A stretch of 64,000 bases of DNA from the human T2T-CHM13v2.0 reference genome, Homo sapiens. The DNA is taken from NCBI RefSeq assembly GCF_009914755.1, contig NC_060942.1. One strand, given 5' to 3'. Positions within the stretch are counted from its first letter, which is position 1. Every line of letters begins with the position of its first letter. This document shows positions 1 through 18,799 of this stretch, in pieces. Position numbers and translations under genes: made by a program. The notes under the pieces were generated by a model that was not told the DNA's origin, searched no databases, and saw nothing but the letters and a program-made list of their open reading frames with translations.

Positions 1-1128
1 TTTGAGATGCCATCTGCCAGTTCTTATCCCTTTGCCCTAGTACTTGTCTGAGCGGATGCCAGTCACTCCCATTCACTTAGTGATGGGTCCCAGCGTTCTG
101 AAGCTATGTTTGAAGTCAGCACTACCCTAACTTTGATTCAAAAATTGCTGTTTTATGTTTTTTACCCACTTAGTATGTCACTTTTTGAGGCAGAATTTGC
201 TGGGTTAGATAGTCTGAAACTAGGGAACCTACCGTCGCATGACAGGCTGCATTGATACTGTTGATGCTGCTGAATTTAGGGTTCGGTCAGTGGCAGCTAT
301 AGCTTCCTCTCACTGTAATATTTGCCATGAGACAAAAAAAGGCAAACTGACTCTTTCAGGTGTTTATGTCTTAGGATTTTATGGGCAAGGTTGCAGGAAT
401 TGCCTGTTGTATGAAAGAAATTAACTGAGTTTTTGACATTTTGTAAAACAAAAATTTTAGTTTGACTCTGCTTCTTGCTTTATAAACAAACTCGTGGCTG
501 TATGAAGGTCAGCTTAAAAGTGAACATAATGTGTTGAAATGCCCTCATTATTACAAAGAATAAAAAACTGTCTAGTTCCATCCAGAACAATACATATTAG
601 TTATTATAAATTGGGAAAACGAACCACTATAAATATAATTAATGCTTTATTATTAATGTCAATTAGGGATTATGGTAGAAAATTCATTTATTTTACTGCC
701 AATCCTTATTTTAAGAGTGTTTCAGAGAAATACTTTAAGAGAAAAATGAGAGTATGCCCTTTATTTTTTCTTATTGCCACCTGTAACTAAATTTTAAAAG
801 ATCTCGGTGACTGGGTGAATCAAAGGGACTGGGCTTGGCTTGGTTTGAATATCCCTGTAAGAATTTAACTTAAATTTTAGGGGTAGTGACCCTTGTATCT
901 TACAGTTTCCTTTTATCTTTGATATATGTTCCGTTTTGAAGTTAAAGGAAGTTGGGTGGTTTCTCCATGTAACACACTTAGCATCGAAAATCTTCAAAGT
1001 AGTGAGCTTGTTTTGTGTTTTCTTCGTGAGAGGGGTAGGATGACATTTAGCTTTAGTGGTGTGATGTTTATTAGATGTATGAGTCCTTAAAGTTCATTTT
1101 GGACCTCAGGTGCAGAGGATGGAGTTAA

Positions 1129-3000
<1,872 letters not shown>

Positions 3001-3318
3001 TCTATGGTTTTGTAGTAGTATGTTTTTTCCTCCTATATAAATAACTCTTCCCATTTATTTTGTTTTAACTTTATTTTGATGTAATTATAGGTTCATAGGA
3101 AGTTGCACAAATAGTAAAGAGAGGTCTGGTTTCCTCCAGTGGTTACATTTTATGCAGCTTCACCCAAGGAACTTCCCTCAATAGTTACAATTTATACCAC
3201 TGTAGTACAGTATCAAAACCAATAAATTGATTTTGTACAATGCCTGTGTATAGTTCTGTGCCATTTTATCACCTGTGTGGATTCCTGCAACTACCTCTGC
3301 AATCAAGATACAGAGCTA

Positions 3319-3616
3319 GGCTGATGTGGTTGACCATGCCCGTAGTCCCAGCACTTTGGGAGGCTGAGGTAGGCAGATTGCTTGAGCCCAGGAGTTTGAG
3401 ACCAGCAACATGTCAAAACCCCGTCTCTGGCAAAAAATACGAAAATTAGTCTGGTGTGGTTGTGCATGCCTGTAGTCCCAGCTACTTGGGGGGCTGAGGT
3501 GGGAGGATCACCTAAGCCTGGGAAGGTTGAAGCTGCAGTGAGCTGTGATTATGCCACTGCACTCTAGCCTGGGACAGAGTAAGACCCTGTCTCAAAAAAA
3601 AAAAAAAAAAAAAAAA
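3319..3616 (+). mobile_element. Alu (AluJ-type), sense
   Basis: Diverged Alu body with an A tail. Imperfect TSD aagatacagagcta / aagatatggaacta. Confidence 0.93.
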
Positions 3617-3800
3617 GAGGAAGAAGATATGGAACTATTCTATCACTACAAAGATTTTCTTCATGTTACCTCTTTCTAGTTTCATCCACCTCCCTTACCC
3701 TCACCATCCCTTAATCAGTTTAATCAGTTTCTATCTCTATAATTTTGTCATTACCAGAGTGCTATATAAATGGAATCCTATAGCATGTAATCTTTTGAAA

Positions 3801-3892
3801 TTGAGATTCATCCAAATTGTTGAATGAGACAGTTCTTGAGATTCATCAACATTGTTGAATGAGACAGTTCTTGAGGTTCATCCAAATTGTTG
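3801..3892. repeat. 35-bp tandem duplication (about 2.6 copies)
   Basis: ttgagattcatccaaattgttgaatgagacagttc at 3801 and 3836, partial copy at 3871. Confidence 0.9.
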
Positions 3893-4240
3893 CATTTATC
3901 AATAGTTTGTACTTCTTAATTGTTGAGTAGTATTCCATGGTATGTATGTATCCAAGTTTAACCATTCACCTGCATATCTGGGCTGTTTTTAATTTTTGGC
4001 TGTTACAGATAAAGCTGCTGTGAACATTCTTGTACAGTTTTGTGTGTGTGTGTGCGTATGGATTTAAATTTTCATTTTTTTGGGGATAAATGCCCAGGGA
4101 CATGGTTGCTGGATGGTATGGTAAGTGTATGTTTAGTTTTTGAAGTAACTCCCAAAGTGTTTTCTGGAGTGGTTGTACCATTTTACATTTCTACCAGGAA
4201 TGTATGAGAGATTGCATTTCTTTGCATCGTCTTCCACTAG

Positions 4241-4558
<318 letters not shown>

Positions 4559-5057
4559 ACTATTTTTTTTTTTTTTTAACTGTTCTGATGTGTGATGATA
4601 TCTCAGTGTGGTCTTAATTTGCATTTCCCAAATTAGCTAGTGATGTTAAATATCTGGTAGAGCACTTTCTCTCATCTTTGCCCATTTTCAAAGTTTGGCT
4701 CAGCTATTTATGTATTTTTATTCTTTCCTATGTATTTTAGAGTTAGTTTGAGTTTCTAAAAACAATACCAGTAGAACTTTGACTTACAGATTTATTTTGA
4801 GGAAAATTGATATCTTTATAATATTAGGACATTTTATCTGAGAACATGGAATGGTCTTTCACTTATGACTTTGAGTAAAATATTGTAGTTTATAAAAATA
4901 CTGTGAATGGTATACTATTTTTTAAGTAGATTAGTGCTGATACAAGAAAATGCTATTGATTTTCATATATTGATAATCTACCTTTGTCTTTTTGTGTTCT
5001 ACTAGACAGAAATCAAAATTCATAGTGTAAATCTTGAAGTAATTTTAGTGCGTGTAG

Positions 5058-5443
<386 letters not shown>

Positions 5444-6047
5444 TAGTGAGGTTTGTAGGTTCTGTTCTCATTTTTGTCCATTTAATTCATGCACTTTTTG
5501 AAGAATTAATAGTCTTACATATGTGCATGCCATTGATCATAGGCAAAATCAGCTGAGAGCTATGGATAGCTCAGTGAAATTCTGCCATCAATAAGAGGAC
5601 ATGTTCTCACTGACAGGTACTATGATAGTAATGTTAACTTACAATTTGAATTCCATCCATATGGTTCGTTTGTCTTTGTCTGTATCTGATTCTTAAAGCT
5701 GCTTTGCTGAATACAAAAGAACACAAACAATTATGTTGGAAGAAGAAATCCTACATCATGACTGCATTCAGAAAGTCCTTGTGAGTCCAAGGAAATTTTT
5801 ACTTCCTTTCTATTAAGGAACATATATATTACATTCATGAAGTATTTACTATTTTAAATAAAATTGGATTTTTTTTCAAACTATGTTGGTGACGTTTAAT
5901 GAAATTACAGGGGTTTTTTTTTTTGGCTGTTGATTACTTGAGTTAGTGGGAGCCATAAAATGTTGGAACAACGAATGTTAGGGCACTGGTCAGTTTAGGG
6001 GAGGGAAGATTTCTGAAGTGCTAAGCGTTATTCTGTAGGCTCTTTAA

Positions 6048-6438
<391 letters not shown>

Positions 6439-6680
6439 TGACCCTACAAGCTCACTGAAGATAGTTTTTTGCACATCATGTTTCTCTCTGAATGTTGGTA
6501 GTTGGTATATGTCAGTGATAACAGACTGATAGAGTGAGCCAGTTACCTTCTGTTTTCACATTCAAGTTTATTTCACATTTAAGCTATCTTCCTTAAAGGC
6601 TCTTCTTTTTTCTAAATGTTTCAAATACAAATAAACAGTATAAACTTCCATTAGTTGGAGCAAAAAATTCACACGAATGA

Positions 6681-6995
<315 letters not shown>

Positions 6996-7339
6996 CCCTG
7001 TACTTACTTTTAAGAAACAGTGTTGTGATTAATTACTAGGCCTTAGTGACTGTAGTAGTGATTATGTCAGCTAATTTGCTTCATAGGCCCTAAGATATAT
7101 TTTGCTGTGTATATGTCACGATAGACTAAAAGAGGCAGGAGCGTAGGTAAAACCTGTAGCTGGGGAAAAAAACAATAATATGTTAATGACATTTTGATTA
7201 AGGAGGCTTGTATTAATTGTTGACATTATTATAGAAGAACTAGTTGACAAGAAACTGCCCTGTGAAATCCAAAACATATAAAATCGGGATATACTTTAAT
7301 TTGCTGATGGGTGCAACTTTACTTAAACCAACGCAAACA

Positions 7340-8880
7340 TATTTCATTCACTAGTTTGTTTATTTATTCAAGTATTTGGATTCCTTCTATGTGGAAGGAA
7401 TTTTAGGCACTGGGAATACAATAGAGAAGAAACCAAACACAGATCTTTACCATCATAGAACATACACCAGGAGAGGCAGATGATAAATAAATAAAACATA
7501 TGGTATGTTAAATGATTGTAAGTGTTTAGTTTGAGTGGTAGATTTTGCAATTTATGATGGTCAGGAAACTCTTCACTAAAAAGGTAATATTTTATAGAGA
7601 TTTGAAGAGGGCAAAGGAGTGTGCCAGAAGGAATCTGGGGTGGGGGACACTGTTCTGAGGTAAGATTCTGTTTAGTATCTTTGAGCAACACCAATGAATC
7701 AGAGCAGATGGAAAAGAGTAAGCAAGGGAGAGAACAACCACCTCACTCATATAGGATAGGCAGTTGTATGTAGAGTTGGCTTTTGCTATGTGTGAGACAG
7801 GAAGCCATTGGAAGATTTTGAGATGTGATCACAGCATGATTTTTTTTTTTAATAGTGTCACTCTATATGCTGTGTTGAGACTGCAGGGGAGCAAAGATGG
7901 AAACAGGGAGACCAGTTAGAGGGCTGTTGTGTTATCCCTGATGGAAGATGCTGATTGAGAATAGGGTGGTTGTAGTGAAAGTGTTGAGATGTTGCAGGAT
8001 TCTGGATATGATTTGAAGGTATAGCCAGTGGAGTTTACTGATGGATTGGGATGTGGAATGTGTATGTGTGAGAGAGTAATAGAGTAACTAAAGATGATTC
8101 TAGGATTTTGGTCTGTGTAGCTATAAAACTGGAGTTGCCAATAACTAAGATGGGTAGACTGTGGGAGGGGCACCATTGAGGAATGATCAGGGGCTCACTT
8201 TTGGACATGCCAAGTTTGAGAAACTTATTAGCTATCCAAAAGGAGATGTTGAGTAGGAAGCTGGACATACGGATTTGGATTTCAGAAAAGCATCCCACAC
8301 AATAAACTGGGGAACTGTCAAAATCTGCAATCCAAAATGCTCCAAAATCCAAAACTCTTGAGCATAAACATGACACTCCAAAGAAATGCTCATTGGAGCA
8401 TTTTGCATTTTAGATTTTTCAGATTAGAGATGCTCAACCTGTAAGTATAATACAAATATCCCCAAATTTGAAAAAAATCCAAAATCTAAAACACTTCTGA
8501 TCCCAAGTGTTTCAGATAAAGGATACTCAACCTATAGATGGTTTAAAGCAATGAGGCTTGATGAGATCATTGAGGGAGGGAGTGTTGCCAGAGAAGAGAA
8601 GTCTAAGGACTAAGTTGTGGGAATGCCAATATTTAAAGGTTAAAAAAAAAAAAGAAAGAAAAGAAAGAAAGGAGACTAAAGCTAGAGAAGAAGAAGGAAA
8701 GTCAGGAAAAAGTGAAGACTTTGAGGCCAGGTAAAGAAGTATTTATTTCAAAGACGGAATATGAACTATGTCAAATTGCTGGTAGGTCAAGTAAGATAAG
8801 GGTTAGAACTTGATAATGGATTTAACAGTGGGGAGGTCATTGGTGACCTTGTCAAGGGCAGTTTTTGTGACAGGCAGAGC
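7340..8880 (-). mobile_element. L2 LINE fragments, interrupted by a DNA transposon
   Basis: L2 3'-end signature (tttattcaagtatttgg ... ctatgtg ... aggcactggg) and purine-rich L2 body (ggagaccagttagagggctgttg, ttttggacatgccaagtttgag). Confidence 0.7.
8315..8535. mobile_element. Tigger4/MER46-like (TcMar-Tigger) non-autonomous DNA transposon fragment
   Basis: aatccaaaatgctccaaaatccaaaact ... gaaatgctcattggagcattt ... ggatactcaacctata matches my recollection of the Tigger4 (Zombi) terminus. Confidence 0.7.
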
Positions 8881-10640
8881 AGGAGGAGGGTAATGTTACA
8901 AATGAGAAGTTTAACTTGAGACATCACATATTTCCTCAGAGTTTAAAATGGAAATGGAGAGCTGGGTTCCTCTCTAGTTAGTGTGACTTTCATACCTTCA
9001 CAGTTGCCCATCTTATTTTAGTGATTCCAAGACTAATGTGACAATTCAGCTTCAAATTTGGGGAAGCATGTTTGTTTCTTCTTTTTCTGTTTAATTCAAT
9101 TTATATACAACGAGAAAGTTCAGTGCTCAGTTTAGACTTTTGATGGCAACCTAAGGGAAGAAATTGGAATGACTGGAGATGCAAATGAGATTAGAGGTGG
9201 GTGGCAGGAGAAAGTCGAAGTTGGTTCAACCAAATGGAATTTCCTTTAAAAAGTAAGGTCTTGGTGGGCATAATGGGCTTTTAGCTTAATCAGTAACTCT
9301 TGAAATTGCTGTAGGTTGGTGATGGATACAGCATAAGCAGAAGAGTTCATTCATTATAATATCACCTGCAGAAATTTAAAACATGATTTATATGCCTCAG
9401 CATCTATGAATCACTTTTAAAATGTGATTTATTTTCGACCAGATAGTTCTGCAGTTCTTCAAAATCTGTCTCTCATGCACTCAGGGCTGTTTAGCAATAA
9501 GAAATAAGTGTAGTCTCCTGTTGCCATCTGCTCATTCCACATGTTCCTTTGAAACCGAACACTGGGGCTTCCTTTAACCAAGCAGTCCTAAAGTGTCAGG
9601 CTCATTGAGAGTACAGTATATTTCTTAACCACCCAAATAAGAAAGTATAATCTTGTCAGCTGCTTAAGTGTTCAGAAGGTTGTGTCCCTTACAGCCCTTA
9701 AATTCTGGAAACACTTTGTTATAAGGAAGCAGCTGAGTAGTTTCTTTAGTGTGTTTTTATGACCTAGCTGTTTCATAGTAGTATAATAAACAGAGTCTTT
9801 ATTATCTGCTTCAGGTTTGTTTTCCAAGTCTTCAATCGATTGGTGGTAAATGCACAAGCACACACACACACACAAAATACATCATCTTAATCATCACGTC
9901 CTCATCACATCATACTGTGATCTTGACTTGGGTACACTCTTTTGACAAATGACATAGGAATGTTCTCTGAGAATTTGAATAAACCTTTACAAACTTCTCA
10001 TTCTTCTTTCACTGCAGCTGTGGCAAATACATTTAGCTGTTTAGGGTTTAGTACTTGCTTCTCATATTCCCCATCGGTAGGTGGGTAGCTAAGGCCTGTG
10101 CCAATTCATGTGTGCCCATTCTCATGAGAGAAAATTTGAGTTTGTTTTTGTCTGCAAGTCACAGGGGGCCTGCCTGGGACACAAGAAGTACACAGACTGA
10201 GAACATATTGACTATCCTGTGAAAACGCCCTGTTGCTAGGATAGAAATACGTCCTGCTTTTGCATTTGAGAGCTAGACAAACAGTGTGGAGGAATTAACA
10301 TTGATCTGATACTAGTTTGTATATAATCTTAACTGCTTATAGCTTTTAGAAATCATGTGTGCTACCAATATTACATGGGATAGTGTGAAACAGGATGGTC
10401 TTATCAGAATATCGCCCCATAGGTCATTGATAGTTTCAAAAGGAAAAACAAAAACAGTAGCAGTGAAAGTAATCTGGTAGTCACCATCTGAATCAAATGG
10501 TCGAAGGTAGCATTGTTGCTCATAGACAATGTGATGTTGTGTGCTTCCTGAGGTGGTGCAGTGTGAAGTGTACATCAACATCTATCGAGTATTCTTGCCC
10601 ACAACGTTCACTTGAGGCAAACGTTAGATCCAATTTCGTT

Positions 10641-10775
10641 TGTAGTAAAAACAGGTGATGGAGGAACAGGTGTAGTAAAAACAGGTGATGGAGGAACAAG
10701 GAAGAAGTTAAATGATGTCATAAAAAACAATCAGAAAGGAACAAGTTAAATGATATCATAAAAAACAATCAGAAA
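10641..10775. repeat. Two adjacent tandem duplications (30 bp x2, then 38 bp x2)
   Basis: tgtagtaaaaacaggtgatggaggaaca(g/a)g at 10641 and 10671. ggaa(g/c)aagttaaatgat(g/a)tcataaaaaacaatcagaaa at 10700 and 10738. Confidence 0.9.
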
Positions 10776-10884
10776 AATCTTCAGATATGGAACATTCTAC
10801 AAACAATTGGTTTGGCTTCTTAAAATTAGTATTAAAAAAAATAAGGTGGGATCATTCTAGAACTAAAGAGACATAACAGCTTTT

Positions 10885-11262
10885 TTAGCCTGTTCAGGCT
10901 GCCATACAAAATACTACAAACTGAGTGGCTTAAACAACAGAATTTTATTTTCCCACAGTCCTGGAGGCTAGAAGTGCCCCAGATCAAGGTCAGAAGGTTT
11001 ATTTTCTGTGAGGGCTCTCTTCCTGGCTTGCAGATGGCTGCCCTCTCACTGCGTCCTCACAGTGGTGGAGAGGGAGAGAGCTTTTGTGTCTCTTACCCTT
11101 CTTACAAGGACACCAGCCCTATCACAGTAGTGTCTTGCTCTTATGACCACATTTAACCTTTATCACCTTCTCACAGGCCTGACCTCCAAATACACAAATA
11201 AACTGGGGGTTAGGGCTTCAACATATGCGTTTTGGGAGGACATATCATTCAGTCCATAACAA
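10885..11262. mobile_element. MLT1-family (ERVL-MaLR) solo LTR
   Basis: gctgccatacaaaatactacaaactgagtggcttaaacaacagaa ... ggcttgcagatggctgcc ... cattcagtccataaca. Confidence 0.85.
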
Positions 11263-11760
11263 CAACCAAATGCAGTGCGTAAAACTTGAGTATTTTGTTT
11301 ACAGGTCTGAGGGAAAACATAAAAAGCATTTTGTAGATTATTGAAGTGATTTGAATATGGACTAGTTTGTAGATGCTATTAGAGAATGATTATGGTGTTG
11401 ATAATAGTGAGTGTGATAATGGTATTGTGTTTATGAAGGAGAATGCCCTTATTTTTAAGTTCTGTCTTTAAAAGCATTTAGGGGTGAATCATCATGGTAT
11501 GTATAAGTTACTTTCAAGTGGTTCTACACACACAAAATATGTACACATATAGATGCACAGACTTTTTAAAAACACACATATATGCACAGCATATATACAC
11601 CACATATATATACAGCATATATACATATATATATGCACAGCATATATGTAGATATACCACATTGCCAAGGGAAATATGACACGATATTATTTTTTGAGTG
11701 ATTGTTATATTCTTCTTTGAACTTTTGTATATTTGAGATTTTTCATAATAAAAATTTGGG
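11262..11760 (+). mobile_element. Old L1 (L1MC/ME-like) 3' UTR with (CA/TA) low-complexity tract at 11527-11660
   Basis: tttgaatatggactagt, gtgataatggtattgtg, and the terminal tttttcataataaaaa. Confidence 0.6.
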
Positions 11761-12961
11761 AGGAATCACACGGAGAAAGGTAATTTCATTAAAAAAATTT
11801 TAAAGGCATATCAAATTAAAAAAAAACAACAACAACATGAGGTAACAGGGTTAAGTCTTTGGAATTTTTCTTAGGGCTTTTTGGGCCTTCACGTGTCTAG
11901 GTAGAGGAAAGATGAGAAAATAGGAAGAAGATAATGGGGACAGTCTGCTGTACCAGAAAAAAAGAGAGTGCATTGCAAAAAATCAGCAATGTCACACTAG
12001 CAGCTATAAAGTATATATAAGATAATTGGACTTAGGAAGAATAGGTATCAACAATCGATTAATGTCAAAGCATCCTCTTTTCTCACTTGTCTTATAAGGT
12101 ATTGCTTGTCTCTGCCATATTGGAGAGCTCTGCCCTGGAGTGTCATTTTAGGATTGTTGACCCCTTCATGTAGTAGGAGATCTTGAGTGTCCTTAAATTA
12201 AGTCTTTTTGAGGGCGCAGACTAGAGTACATGAGGCCTTTATACTAAGGAAATGGAAGCACCAAGTTAAAGACCACAGATTTCAAAATGCTAATTGTAAT
12301 GAGAGGGAGAGAGATTGTTAGGGTTACAAGTAGAGGCCAGTGAAGGTATTTGGATAAAAATGAAATGTAGACATGTTTGAAGGGCAAAGGTCAACTTATA
12401 AAATAGATTGAAATGGTAGACGGTGAGAACATAATTAAAGGAGGAAGATTTTTGCAGAGTTCAGAAGTTTTTTTTTTTCTCCTTTTTTTTTTTTAAAGAG
12501 ACATTTTTCCTCAAAAGAGTTAAATTTGAGTTGTACATGAAACCCTTAATACAGCCCTTGGCACATAGTGAGGGCTTAATAAATGCTAGTTATTGTTATT
12601 CTCTGTTTATTCATTCAATAAATACATATTGACCACTAGTAAAAGTCAGCGTTTTAGGTGCAGATATGCAGCTTACTTGATAATGCTTAGATAACAAAGG
12701 TGCTAGATTTATAGATTTTATCCTTGAGAAACATAGGCTGTACAAATGAATGAGTGGTATGCATCAGGCATTTGGAAGGTGTAGTGAAAATAGTAGTAGG
12801 AGTAGTAAATCATGTGGCTTAGGACAGGGCACTCACAGTGGAAGGGAGCTAGCATTTGAAAATATTATAGGCTAAAGATAAATACTTGTTAAAGTTAAAT
12901 GTATGTTCAGAACGCCATGTTGTGTGCATATGTACAACTTTAAAACAAAAGAACTTGGTGT

Positions 12962-13301
<340 letters not shown>

Positions 13302-13714
13302 TTATTTAACTGTATTATAATGGAAAACACAATGATGGGGCAAAAACACAAACAAACAAAAAACCCAAGAATTTATCTTGAGAATTAGGAATTCTACTCA
13401 GCCCAGTCTCCTCTTCCTAGTCTTCCTCTTAAAAGGCAGTCATTATTACTGATTTTTTTTGTACGTTATCATTTCAGAATTATTCAAAGTGTGTGTGTAC
13501 CCACTGTATATTTTGGTGTTTGTTTTATATCTCATACTGCAGTGTTCAATTATAAAGCTCTATCATAATTTATTTAATCCCTGATTTGTGGACATTGAAG
13601 TTCTTTCCAGGTACCCTTTAAAAATTATAGACATTTTCAAATATATAAAAGTAGAAAGAACAGTATAATGCACACTCTTGCACTAAAAAGAGCTTCGATA
13701 CTTACTTTCACATT

Positions 13715-14481
<767 letters not shown>

Positions 14482-15799
14482 TTAGCCCATATTCTCTTTC
14501 CTCTCCCAGGAGCCACTGATCACAGACATCATATGATTTTATCTGTAAACACTGCAGTTCCATTTATCTTTTAATGAGTACTGTGTTTTGGCAAAATCTT
14601 GATTAACCAGAATGCCTGGATAATGAAGCTTTCTGATAAATGGAATTTTGTGGTAAATGAAGACAATATAGGAGAGTGAAAAGTGTTGCATTAGGACCCT
14701 GGAGATCTGTGTTTGCTTTTGAGCTCTGAGATCAGTTTGATGTGTGATCTTCAGAAAGTTGCTAACAGACCTAAATATCCACCCAAATAAAAAATCCCCT
14801 GGATGGTAACCAGCTATACTCTCCATTCTGGATTGGGAAACCAGGCTATTTTTTTTTTTTTTTTGTCAATTACAAAAGCGTTTCTTTTTTAAATGCTTAA
14901 ATATAAAAAATAAAAGCAAAACAGCAGGAGACAGAGCGTTATTTCATAAACTTTTGAAATGACTTGGTTTGGCAAAAGCTCATTGCTTTTTTACCATTCA
15001 GAACAGTTTTGTTGAGGTCTCTGGTATCATTTTATGAAAATACTTTCTGAGTTACAATTTTTTAGAGACCAGATTCCTCTTTAGCGTCATTGCACTCTCT
15101 TTCCTTCCTCTGCCTCACTATGCTTCCCTCCTACCTCTTTCCTTACCACCCAGTTTGGAAAGCAATAGTCTTCTTGCCTGTGGCCTTACGTATTTCGCCA
15201 AACCCCATGACTTATTGTTCTTCCTCTGTAATGTCTCCTATTTTTCTTTCAGTACTCTAACTTTAGCTAAGCTTCTTCTCACTTAGCACCCAGGCTTTTT
15301 GCAGTAGCATCATATTTGGTTTATCTGTCTTTAGTTGTTTCTCTGTGGTAATCCAACCCTCATACTATCTCAAAAAGTTTGAGCATGTTGCTTCTCTATC
15401 TAGATATCTGCTTATTGGACCATTAAGTATCTTTACAATGTGGCCCAACTGAAGATCAGTGTGGAACCTTGTATTTTCTCTCATCCCCAAACCTAGAGTT
15501 AATAAATTATGGTTAAGCATAGAGTAATTTATCTTCCATGATGGAATCTAAATTGTCGATACTTCCCTAGGCATCAGTATTGTAATAATAATGCCCATCC
15601 TTTACTTAGAAAGCTTTCAGTATTTAAAACTGCTTTTTCTTTTCTTTTATCCTCAAAGTACCTTTGTGTGAAACTTGCATCAGAATCCATGTTGCATCCT
15701 GATCACCTTGGTGTGTTGAAAATCAAGTCTTATCTATTATATCTTTAGCTCTCATATCAGTATTATTATTAGTACTATTCTCACCATGAACACCCTTCA

Positions 15800-16550
15800 C
15801 CATATATTTATTAAAGATGTCCTATGTGGTAGATGTTGTGCTAAGCATCATTTGGTAGTGAGTACACAGAGTGTGCATCTTGTAACCAGGGAGCTTGAAA
15901 GAGTGGTGGTGGAGACAGCCATTAACAGAGATGCCCCAGAAATAAGTAATAAGAGATTGTGATAAATTTAAGCACCACCATTTCTCTTCTGCAGAACTCC
16001 AGTAGCCTCATTGGTCTTCAGGTCCTCAGTTTTATCCCTCTCTGTTATATCACAGCTTGAGTGATCTTTCTGAAAAGCAATGTCAGATTTAAAGCACTTT
16101 ACCTGCTTCCCTTTGCTGTCAAATTAAAGTCCAAACTCTTGAAAATGTCTTACCAAGAAGCCCCTTGTGATCTGATGCATGTTGGCTATTGGTTGTTTTT
16201 TCACCATTCTGCCTTTTTACTTTAAATGTCAGCCCTACTATTTACTGTTTAGAAAGAATTGAGATTACACCTCTGGCCCTTAGAACATGTGATTACCTGA
16301 GCCTATTCCGGTTAATTCCTACTCATTCTAGTCATCATTTCTTCTAGGAATCCTTCCTGGACCCATTGAAGTCTAGGTTAGGGAATCCATCTTTTGTGTT
16401 TCCATATGTCTTGAGACTTCTCTCATGCTCTGTGGTAATTGTTTACATGTATGTAAGCCCCACTGGATAGCTGAATTGTGTCTATTTTATTTATTATTGT
16501 AATACTTATACCTACCATGGCATTGGCATGAACTAGAAACCTGAGAAATG
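15800..16550. mobile_element. L2 fragments
   Basis: Degenerate L2-like segments (tattaaagatgtcctatgtgg, aaagtccaaactctt, tctaggaatccttcctg). Confidence 0.5.
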
Positions 16551-16869
16551 CTGCTCTAAAATATATACTAATTATTAGGAGTTTGGAATTTTATTTGAAA
16601 GCCATTTTAGTTTTGGGATGGAAGTTGGTAGTATTATTTCTAATAAAGTAATGCAGAACTAAATTGTTATATTTGCATTGCACAATTGCACAATTTGAGT
16701 TGTTTGACAAGCATACACAGTAATACTTTTATACTTTGGCAGAAAGTCAATGAAAGGTATTAACCTGTTGGAAAGTCCAACCTTATTGAATATTAAGTAC
16801 TGGAAAAAGCCTGTAGATGTGTAAGCAGAATGTGAAGAAGTAGCAAAATCTGTGTTTTTTTTTTTTTAA

Positions 16870-17090
16870 ATAATATTTACTGAGCATCTGCCATGTGCTA
16901 GGTATTGTACTAGTTGCATTACATATATGGTCGCTTGATCTTATGACATCTTTCTGAGAGGAGGAGAATATTATTATCCATCTTTTACAGATGGGGAAAC
17001 TGAGACCTAGAGAGATAACTTTGTCAAGATCACATAGAAGGGCCAGGATTTGAATATAGGTCATCTGATTGTAGGCCCAGTGTTCTTTCA
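16870..17090 (-). mobile_element. MIR SINE
   Basis: MIR core atcttttacagatggggaaactgagacctagagag ... ccaggatttgaa. Confidence 0.8.
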
Positions 17091-18457
17091 GTTATTATTT
17101 TTGTTGCTCTTGTTGACTGGAGTATAGTATTTTAAATTATTTCTATACAGATCTGAGAAATAAGTGAAATTAGGGGAAATAAAGCAATACCTGAAATTAA
17201 TCAAAAGAGATGACTGAAATTTTATCTCTAAGATGCCTGTTTCCTTATGATTTGTTAACTTAAAAATGATTCAATATTAATTTTAATAACAATGAGAAAA
17301 CTAAGCCTCAGAAGTGAGATATCATCAAAGACTGCATAACTAGTGACAAAATGAGAAGCAGAATCTAGAATTACTGATATTTGTTGACTCCAGAGCTTTA
17401 TCTTTTAAACATTTCAATTGAATAAGCAGTCTCTAAATGTAACTTTAAGCCAGATTTTGATACAAACATAAATGAAAACTCAATGTTCCTAATATTATTT
17501 TGTTTTTAGAAGCATCTAGTCTAAGAACATATCAATTTGTAAGATCATGTTGAGATCTGAAAGATAGCATATGCCCTCAATGTACTAGTTGCAAAATCTG
17601 AATATATTATATATATAATATTTTGGAGAATTAGTAAGGTAATTTTATTTGAGAGTTTCTATTAAAGTTAACAGATTATTCTAGTCATTTGTTCAATCAC
17701 TTTTGCTTTTGGCACTTTCCATAAAAATATAATTTTTTTTATCCCAATAAATCCTGTCCTGTGACTTGCTTACTTCCACTTAATATAAAGCTTTTGGAAC
17801 ATATTGAAGTTTTTTGCTACAATAGGTGATAATGTTGGGAACGTTAAGCATGGTTTATTAACTAATACATAGACTGGTTGAATGCTGATGGCTGAAAAAC
17901 TGCATGCTCTGGATTTACATTGCCCTTTTTTCCCCTTAAAAAACTTCCTTGTGTTGGCAGTTTAGTGTGTCTTGGCTCATCCGTTATTCATTTTAAAGAA
18001 ATTCAAACTTAGATTCCTGTGATCTACCTGATTAAATGGTTAGGTCCTGGCTAATTTGCCCTTTTTTTTGTTTTTGTTTTGATCAGTTGCTTAGAACTAG
18101 GTTTATGTGGTTGCCAATTTGCTGGTAGTCCTTTCTAGAAGTATTTGATTGTCATATACTATTCTATCATCATAAGCGATGTTATCCTCTATTTCACATT
18201 ATTTCATTAGTGCTTCTGGTGGCTTTTCTGAAGTTTCACTTTTATTAGGTTTTTAAGATATTAGAAAAAAATGTTTTGGGCCATTTAGTACCCTATACTC
18301 CGTAGTCCTGAATCTGTTTGCATTCTCTTTAAGCCAGGCAGTATGTACTGAGTACGAGTCGCCAACTAGCTAGAGAAATGGTGTTCTTTCCAGGTCTCAC
18401 CACGTTGGATTCAGTGTTTAGTACTTATTTACTTGAGAGAAATCTTTGGTGATATAA

Positions 18458-18799
<342 letters not shown>

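Noticed and set aside
1-400. Possible promoter or CpG island at the window start
   Set aside because: Only scattered CpGs are present. The promoter and exon 1 appear to lie upstream, outside the window.
10233-10246. gttgctaggatag as an RFX X-box
   Set aside because: Only one half-site matches, which is not enough without chromatin data.
10641-10775. 30-38 bp repeats (also at 3801-3892) as a possible CRISPR-like array
   Set aside because: The units are directly adjacent with no unique spacers, and the context is a eukaryotic intron.
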